A program made the translations under genes and the position numbers. 64,000 nt of DNA from an uncultured Clostridia bacterium (GTDB taxonomy: Bacteria; Bacillota; Clostridia; Christensenellales; UBA1242): the NCBI GenBank assembly GCA_944377315.1, contig CALWEM010000018.1, positions 49,106-113,105 of the forward strand, in the 5' to 3' direction. Positions 34,596 to 44,200 of the stretch are shown piece by piece. The notes under the pieces were generated by a model. The model was not told the DNA's origin. It did not search any database and saw nothing but the letters and a program-made list of their open reading frames with translations. Positions within the stretch are counted from its first letter, which is position 1. Every line of letters begins with the position of its first letter.

Positions 34596-35066
34596 ATGAA
34601 AATTAAAAATTCGTATTATGAAGGGTTGTTACAAGACCTTTTTTGTGGAAATGATGGTTTTTTCACAATTTTTATGCATTTTTTATATCAAAATAATCAA
34701 ATTTTTGTTTTTTATCCAAGTTTTTCCAAAGATTTTGAAAAACTAGTTTCTTTGGAACTTGAAAGTTGCAACACACTTTCAAGGGTTATTAATGAGATGG
34801 GTGGCGACTCCAAATATTATTCTTCCAGCAAAAAATATATCTTTGGAAAGATTGACTATGTCAAAAATTTGGAAAGTATTGTCGACCTTGACCTTGAACT
34901 TGTGGAAAAAAGCTTGATTGACACAAAAAATGTCCTGTCAAAGGTGGATAATCATAAGATTAAAAATCAATTGGAAAATATTTTATCGATAAAAAAAGAA
35001 GAAGAAAAAATATTGAAAAACATAAAGTTCAATTTATTTTTAATTAAAAATAGTAAAAAATGCTAA
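34596..35066 (+). CDS. Ferritin-like / CotJC (Mn-catalase-like) family protein, weak
   Basis: FCGNDGFFTIFMHFLYQ resembles CotJC YGGADGELAAALRYLNQ, and a second E-containing helix is present (SLELESCNTLSRVINEMGG). By-eye match only. Confidence 0.45.
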   Translation: MKIKNSYYEGLLQDLFCGNDGFFTIFMHFLYQNNQIFVFYPSFSKDFEKLVSLELESCNTLSRVINEMGGDSKYYSSSKKYIFGKIDYVKNLESIVDLDLELVEKSLIDTKNVLSKVDNHKIKNQLENILSIKKEEEKILKNIKFNLFLIKNSKKC

Positions 35067-35297
35067 AAAAATCAAAAATTTAGCGATTTTTTCGTGTTTT
35101 TACACCGATTTTTCCATATTTTTTGAAATTGAAATATTTTTTGTTTAATTTTAATTTATGAAAAATATTTATTAATTATTTTTATTTTGAATTTTCACAG
35201 ATTTTTTGCTGTTTTTATTTGATATTTTTTATTTTAAAGTGTTATTATATAAATATATATGGGCTGGCAGTTACAAAAAATTTGTGAGGTGTCTTGT

Positions 35298-38200
35298 ATG
35301 AAAAAAATAAGTCTGGGCATTGTGTCCGTTTTTACACTGCTTTTGTGCACTCTTCTTTCGGCGTGTGGTTTCAAAGAACCTTCTGCCAAATTTTCTCAAG
35401 AAGAGATTTTTCTTTCAATCGGACAATCGATAAATCTTGACGACTATCTTTCTTTGAAAGAAGTTGATTTTGACGAAATTGATTTCAAGTTTTCGGATAG
35501 TTCTTTTGTCACGCTCGAAAATTCATCATTAACACCAACAAATTTTGGACAAACAATGGTGTATGCTCAAACTGACGGCAACACTCTTGCAAAAATGAGA
35601 ATAATTGTGAAAAAGCCGTTTGAAAAAATTACATCTTTATATATGGACGACAACGGGCTTGTCACTTGGAATAAAGTGGTGGACAAGTTTGATGCAGTTG
35701 AAGATTTTGTCAGCCCGTCAAATTATGAACTTAAAATTTCATACACAAACGAAGATGACTCGACAAAAAATCGTGAATACACTGAACAAGTGTCTGGAAA
35801 TACATACCAACTTGAAGAAGAAGGTCGCTATCAAATTCAAATAATTGCAGTCGGCGAAGGCTATTTTGATAACTCTCAAGTTTTTGAAACCGTTTTGTAT
35901 TTTGGATATATGCCAAAACTCCAAAAAGATGACTTTTTGTTTGACAGTGACACCAACACGATTTCTTGGGCGGAAGTTTCGGGTGCTGATTATTCAGTAA
36001 CTTTTAATGGTGAAATGAAGATAGAAAATTTGGAAGAAAATTCACTTGATTTGACCAATTTTCTTGAAGACCTTGATGAAGGTGACTATGATTTGTCTGT
36101 AAAGGTTAATGATGTAAGTGGTGAGAAAATTAGTGTGGAAAGCGAAAGCGTTGTTGTGCGTAAAATTGAGAATGCTGTGCTTTCATATGAAAATAGTGCT
36201 GACCTTGGTGGATATGTTGAAATTTCTCTCAATGAAAATATTGAAAGTGTTTTGGTTTATGCTGGAGAAGAAGTGTTTTCATTCAGTGAAAATTCTGTTA
36301 CCGATTTTGCCAGCCTTCCAAAAGGTGTATATATTGTTGAAGTGCAAGCAAACCCAATCACGAGCGAAGAGCAAGGTGTTTTCTTGGCAAAAAGTTCTCG
36401 TGAAGAGATGATGAAAATCTATAAACTTGGCAAGGTGGAAATTGCAGGCAGTGGTGAAAATGAAGAAAATGCGTCAAGTTTTAACATTAACATTTCAAGA
36501 GATGATGAAAATGTTGCCACCAAACTTGAAATTAATCTTAATGGCGACAAAACTGTGGAAGATGGATTTTTTGAAGAAAACTCTTTAAATAAAAGTGTTG
36601 AAGTTTCAAATAGCGGTGACCACATTTTGAAGATTAGACAACTTGCTGAAGATGCGACAATTTCTCTTTCTGATGTTGTCTATCAAGTTATTAATTCTGA
36701 CGAGAGTGGAGAATATAATTTCACCAAACTTGACGCTTTCAGTGTTGTCAAGGACGGCGAAACAATTGCTCACGAATATCAAATAGACAAATCGGTTATG
36801 TCTTTCAATCTCGTTGAGAAAGCGGAAAAATATGAACTTAAAGTGCTTTCTGAAGGTAATTTTGTGACAATTGAAAACGAAGATAATTCTCTTTTCACTA
36901 TTGCCGGCGGAGAAATAATTTTCAATGGAAAGATTGAAAACCTTTTTGAAGAATATTTTGTTGACAACAAAATCACTTTCTGTCTTGTGGCATCTGGAGA
37001 AAAAGAAAACACAATTTCTTCTTCAACAACAAAAACTTTAACGCTTTTGGAAACTCCTTCAAGTGAAGCAGGAAATGAAAAAAGTGAAAAATACACCTGG
37101 AAAAAAATTGACGGCGCACAAAAATATGTTGTCAATTATGCCATAATCTCAAAAGAAGAATATGAAAGCCAATTGGAAGTTTTTGAAGAGAAAGAACTTG
37201 TGAGCCAAGAAGTGACAACAGCAGAAATTCAACTTGAAAGCGGAAATTATTTTTATATTGAAATATATGCTCTTCCAAGTGACGAAAACAAATTTTTGAC
37301 ATCAAAAACCTTTACCAAATATTTCTTCTTATCAAAAAATTTGGACACTCCAAATGTCGAATTTTGCCGCGGAATTCTCGGCAGTGAAGACACGGAGAGT
37401 TATTATATTCAGGTGGAAAATGTGGAGAATATGTCTTCAATGACAGTGACATTCGGCGAAGAAGAAGTAAAGTCATATTCATTGGGTGAAGGTGTGACAA
37501 TATATCGTTTAAACAGCGATTTTGCGTCAGCATATGACGGTGAAAAAGTGGGAGTCGTGGTGCATTCGACTGACAATGTCATCTATCTCGACAGCGAAAA
37601 ATATGAACTTACCATCAAAAGACTCAAATCTTTGCAATATGACGACTTGAAATTTGATGAACTCACAAAAAATATGACAGTTGAAGGGAACAGAGAAGGC
37701 GTTTCGGAAATTGTTTTATCAGATGGTAAAACCACTCAAAAAGGTGAAAATGTGGACACGGTTTTGGGGGTTTATAGCATCGAAAATGGAAATGTGACCG
37801 CTCAACTTTTGGGAAGCGAGTTTGTTGACGGAAAATTTGAAGTTGTGGACAATATGGTCTATCTTGACAGCGCACTTTCCACCTTTTCAATTAATCGTTT
37901 GGATAGGCCAACAGAATTTACATACAATGACGGAAAATTGGCTTTCACTTCAACTCAAAATCTTTCCGACACCTTTGTGCTCGACATCTTTTTGACAGAC
38001 GCCAATCAAAATAAGACACTTTTAAAAATCAGCAATTTGACAATGGAAAACGATTTTCAATCCAACTTTCCAACTGCAGTTCTCTATCTTGTTGACGGCG
38101 AAGATTTGTCACCAATCGTTGAAAAATTGGAAATCAAATCTCAAATTTTGGAAGAAAAATCTTTGGGAAATTATCAAATCGACCTTACTTCCATTTTGAA

Positions 38201-41200
38201 CTTTGTGAAAGGGAATTCAAATCTTAATTCATATTATAACCAAGCAGTGAAAGTGGAATTTGGCTTGTATTCTTTCAAAATTGGATTTTTGTATGAAGTT
38301 ATCTATCTTTCTTCATACTATGCTGTTTTGCGTGAAGGCTCTTCCACCCTTCTTGAAGTGAAGAAAATGGAATCTCCGGTGATTAGTTTTGACAAAAACA
38401 ACAATGTTTTAGGTTGGGAAAGTGTGGGTAACGGACTTGAAACGACATATAAAGTCTATCGTAAAGACAGAGAAAACAGTATTGCGTCTTCGACAGCAAA
38501 TTCATATAATGTGGACATTTCAAGTTTGACACGCTCGCGTGATTATGTCTTTTATGTGACCGCAACAAGTCCATATTATTTGGAGTCGAGTTCATCAAAC
38601 GAAATTTTGATTCATCGACTTAACTCACCTGACAAAGTCACTGTCAGTGGCAACAATTTGCTTTTCACACCAGACAGTTCTGACAATTCCTATGTTTTGA
38701 AGGCTTCAATAAAGATAGGAGAACAAGAAGAAGAGGAAATTGAAAAGAACAATATTTTCTCATATACTATCGCAGGAAGCGGTGTTTACACAATAAAGTA
38801 TTTGGGCGTTACTGATTTTGAAAGTGATGGAAAATTTTATCTTGACTCGGCAACAGTTTCATTTGAACTTGTTGAAATGTCAGAAATTGCACCAAGTGAC
38901 AACACAATTTCTTTCCAAGACAACACGATTTCCTTTGAAAAATTTGGTGAAAATGCAAACTTGCAAAGTGTGGAATATTATATTGTTTTTGAAGACGAAC
39001 AAGGGAATTATTCAACCATAAAAACAAAAGAAAATTCCTTTGTTGTGCAGTTTGATGATGACAACCTTGCTTCCTTGACTGCTGGCAATATTGACATCAA
39101 GGTTTATGCCGTTTGTGACACCTACAGCGTTTCAGCCGGCGGAAAGGTTTATTATAGTGACGCTGTTTCCATTGTGTCAGGACTTAATTTATATAACACA
39201 TATGCATACACAAGCGACAAAACCATTGTGAAATTGAGCGAACCAGAAATTGAAAATGTTGAATTTTTGTTTACTGATGAAAATGATGAACAGACACCAA
39301 CGATACGCTTGGTGGTTAAAGGCAACTACACCGAAAACGAAAAGTTCTTGATTTTTATGGGTGACAGCGAAGATATTGTGAAAGAGATAAGTTACGCTGA
39401 TGCTTTTGAAAGTGAAGGTGTTTTCAATCTTGACTTGACTTTTGAAGAATATAATAGCCACCTAACTGTTGGCGATTTCACAAGCGTTTCGGTGAAAGTG
39501 ACAAGTTCTCTCAATTTGACTTCAAATGAAGATATGGTGGACATATATCGCAACGATGCACTTTTAAGTGTCAATCAAAATATAGCGTCCATTTCATATA
39601 ATTCAAATTCGATTAATGGCTACGATAAAACAATCACTTTGAAGTTTAAGGGTGATATTCAATATGCAACTGGTGGCATCACTTTGAAAATCACATACAC
39701 ACCAACCGGCGAAGAAGAAGTGGTGGAATATCTTGAAATAACTTCTGACAATTTTGTGGAAGAAGACAGTGTCATATATGACCTTTCAAGTTTCTTTGAA
39801 GAAAAATTGGGCAACGGCGGGACGATAAAATATTCGGCTTATATAAATAATTTCAGCGACAACAATGTTGAAAATGAAAGTTATTTTATGGCATCACAAA
39901 GTGTTGAAAGTTTGAGTTATGAAATTTTGGCAACTCCAAGTGGTAATCAGAAAACCAATGGTGGCATTCAAATTGTTGACAAAGAAAATATCATCAACTC
40001 CACTGCCACAAAATATGTTTTAACTTATGGTGACTATCAAAAAGTTATTGGCGAGAGCGAAGATTTCTATTTTGAATTTCCGTCAACTTGGGGTAATGGT
40101 GAATACAAGCTCACAATTTTTGCTTTTGAAGAGAACAAAATCATCTCCATTCCAACTGAAGTTTCCATCACATTGTCACGCCTTCAAAAAGTGGAAGGAA
40201 TCAAACTTATGCGTGACTCAAGTCAAGAACTCTATCTTGCTTGGAATGAAGTGACTGGTGCAACTTCATATATTGTTCGGGCATATATTGATGAAACACT
40301 TGTGGGTTCGGAAATCAAACTTATGGCAACAAGTTGTCCACTTGCAAATATTTTAGGCACAAATTATAGTCTTGTTGCGGGTTACACAGTGGGCGGAAGT
40401 GAAATTCGTTTTGATATCATTGCTTGCAACCACGATGACGCCACCCACACAGACTCTGCCATTCAAAGTGTGACAGTTTCACTCATTGGAAGCGGAGAAA
40501 ATCTCACGCAATCCAATATCACAGTGGGCGAAGATGGATTGGTTTATTTTGAAGCGGTGGCTGGTGAAACATATCTATATCGTTTGGTGGATGCATCAGA
40601 CCAAGTAACATTCGATTGGAAAGAATTTACTGGTGACGGAAAAACAGAAATAAACATCTTTGAATATGAAAACTTGACAGAAAGTGTCATTTTCACGATT
40701 GAAATAAAGAAAAAAGGTGACGCCACAGTGGAAGGGACAAGCTTTGTCACAAATTCCACTTTGAAACTTGATTCAGTGTCTGTTTCAAGTGACAGAATGA
40801 AGATATCAAACCTTGTCAGAGAAATATCAGTTGACAGTGCGGAAATATCAAATGTGATGGTGGCATTAAACAATCAAAATTCCACCATATTTGCAAGTTT
40901 GAGTGACAAATTCATTCTTGAAGATGCCATTGAACTTTCCACCACATATACAGATGTCACAGAAGAAGGTAACTATCTTTATTACATTAACTACACCGAA
41001 ATTTTGGATGCTTTCAAAGATAGTTTAACAGATGGTGAAAACAAAATATATTTCTTTGCTCTTCAAAACGAAGCAATTGGAACTTATATTGATGTTATCT
41101 CACTGCCGTATGAATACACTTTCACAATTGAAAATAACATTGAAATCACTCTTATCGACAAAATGGACGACACTTTTGAAGAAGGGGCAAAAGATTATTC

Positions 41201-44200
41201 AAAAACCAAAATGGTCTTCACTTATGATGAAAAGATAACCGGCTTCTATTTCAGAGTGGATTTTGCCTCTTTGCAAGATGAAGAAATGACTCTTAAATAT
41301 GTTTACAGCATTGAAGATTGCCAAATTGACACCATTTCAAATTCAATAACACTTGACTTGACAAAGTTGTTTGATAATTTGTTTGGAAACAATAGTGAAG
41401 TCTACAAAGGCGGAGAATATCAACTTTTTGTCAGTGTTTTGAAAGCCGAATTCAATGACGAAAATGAAGTTACGAGTGTTGTTTTCAGTGATTATATTGA
41501 CACTTACAATGGCAATCCAATCATCTTTGAAAAATTGCCAGATTTATATTCGTCAACTCTCGACAGCGGAAATCTTATTTGGTCGATTGACAGAAATTAT
41601 GAAATATATGCTAACCGTGCCACAAATTATTATATCTATTTCACAAACGCGTCAAACGAAAACAAGACTAGCCGATATATAACCAACAGCTTGACCACAA
41701 GTTTTAATGGTGAAAGTTTTGCAACGGCTGACGGGAATGAATATATTGTTTCGGTTGTGGCAGTTTCAAATGATATTTTCACCATTGCGTCTGAACCAAA
41801 ATATGTTTTGGACAGCAACAATGAAATCAAAAAAGTGGCAAAAAACAGATTTAATTCTCCAATCACACTCTCTTCAAGTGGAACACTCTCAATTCGTTGG
41901 GATGCAAGTGGAGAAGAAGGTTATTTGGGCACAACAGAAAATGACATCATCAAACTCTTAACACAAGAGGCAATCACCAATGTCAATGATTTTGCACAAG
42001 GAATTTTCTTCTATCCATTCACCTTCACGGTGAGAGATTTGGTGGAAGGGAATGTCAAAGTGAGATTCAAGTTTACTTCATATGTTGACAACACTCCAAA
42101 GAAAACAGAAACAATTGACATTGATGCAACATATCTTTTGCAAACACTTGAAATTGAGAATTTGCAAGAAAAACTTAACGCCATAAGAAATGCACTCACT
42201 TCGTCAAGTGACAAAAACTTGGTGACAGATTTCAGCAACAAAATTGCCAATGTGTGTGGCGGTGTTGGTAACTACACCAACATCTTCGATGAGTTTTTTG
42301 AAAGAGTGCAAAGTGGGGAATACAAAATTGAATATTGCCTTTTGGGTAATGGTTCAACTTTCACTTCCACTTGGTATACCTTGACTCGCGAGAATGGCGA
42401 AGATATTTTCTATGTCAACCCAACACCAACAGTGACAGCAGGCTATGATGATGTGAAAACGGTGGGCGAAAGCATTGCAAGGTCTTTCTATATAAAGATA
42501 AAAGAAAGTCAAATATATTCTCAAAATGGCACACTCATCTCTCCAGATGTCTATTATCTTCAACTTAAGAGTAGCACCAACAAATATGGCATTGAGATAA
42601 GAAAAGTTGGCGGAGATTGGACTTGGCTTATGAGTGGTGACGAAGAGAACTCATCCTTCCAAGCGGACTCGTCTGAAAGTGGTTACATCAAAATTTATCT
42701 CAATCAAAATGACGGCAATTCCATTAAGAGTGTGTATAACGATATTGTCAACTCCAACGATTTCACTTTTGAAGTGTTCTCACAAGGAAATCAATATTCA
42801 ATTTCTTCAAAGAGTGAAAGATATGAACTATATTTCAATGGTGTATGTCACGATTTCCAAGTGGAGAATGGCACATTTATTTGGCAGTCACATCAATATT
42901 ATCCAACACACGTGGAATATCGACTCAATGGTTCAACAGTTAACAATCCAATCGATGTTACAAGTGAAACTGCGACTCTCTCTTTGACCCTTCAAGATGC
43001 TGGAAAATATGACTATATTAAATTTGTCACATATGGAAGTGTTGACTATGCAAGAAACATAATAAGAGTGGACAGCGAAACATATATGATTGAAGATGTA
43101 TACAAACTTTCTGCTCCAACAATTGAAACTGACTTTAACCTTATAAGGATTTCAGAAAGCGAGAAAAATCAAAGCGAATATCAAAATGCATACACTTCCG
43201 ACCAATTCAAAAAATATGAAATATATAATGATGTGTCCACAAACGAACTTTCTTTCAAATATACTGACACTTCAATAAATGAACGAGCATATTATGAAGC
43301 TGGTGTGACAAACTATTCGCTCTCTTCTGGCGATTATGCATACAAACTCACCGAAAGTGAAGCAAATTCTTTCCAAATCTCCACGCTGGGTAGCACTTCT
43401 GCTTTTGTGACCGAACAAGCAACAACGACAGAAGGAGTTGCGATTGCTGATGTTTTTGATTTTGTTATTGATGATGAAGAAGGTGAAAACAAAAATATTC
43501 TTCTTCGTTCGGCAACGCAAAGTCTTAATGCAAGAATGCTCAATGCTGTTTCTTCGGAAACAATGAAAATTGAAAATGGTGTTGTGAGCTGGTCAGAAAG
43601 TGGAGTTTTGGGTGAAAATGAACTTCGCGGAAATGCTAAACTTGTCTACAAGGTGACTCTCACTTTCTATATTTCCACCATTGGCTCGGATGGTGCAACA
43701 GTGCAAGAATTTTTGGACAAAGAAATTGTGAGATACACCGCTCAAACATATTTTGACATTTCAAAGGTGACAAGTGAATTTCCAACAGAAGAAACTCCAT
43801 TTGATTATATAAGAGTGACCGTTCAGGCTTTGGCACTCAATATTTCTTCAGAAATAAGTTCAAATTTTGACGGCAGAAGTGAAGAACTTGTCGAAGGTGG
43901 ATATGTGAGCGGTGTTGGAATAACATTCGTGGACGGTGCGAGAGTTTTGATGTCAAACGGAACACATATTGAAGATATCACTCTTTCAACGCCGGTTGAA
44001 GACCTTCAAGTTGTGGACGGAAAATTGACTTGGACATATGGCACTGACGAAGATGTGATGTTCATTGTGGAAGATGAAACCGGCAAAGAAATCGAAGGCG
44101 AATATGTGATGACAGAAAGCGTTGACGGTGAAGATGTGAAATATCTTGTCACTTTCCAAGAAAACGCCGGTTTGTTAAGTTCAGGAGAACATATTTTGAC

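Noticed and set aside
35259-35297. The ORF-track start (MGWQLQKICEVSC...) for the giant protein, and the analogous upstream starts for groEL (51207), mscL (48920), the desulfurase (60078), DUF3343 (60060) and the lipoprotein (16099)
   Set aside because: The internal ATGs are preceded by proper Shine-Dalgarno sequences and give canonical N-termini (a lipoprotein signal, MAKKI for GroEL, the MscL signature). The extensions lack an RBS.
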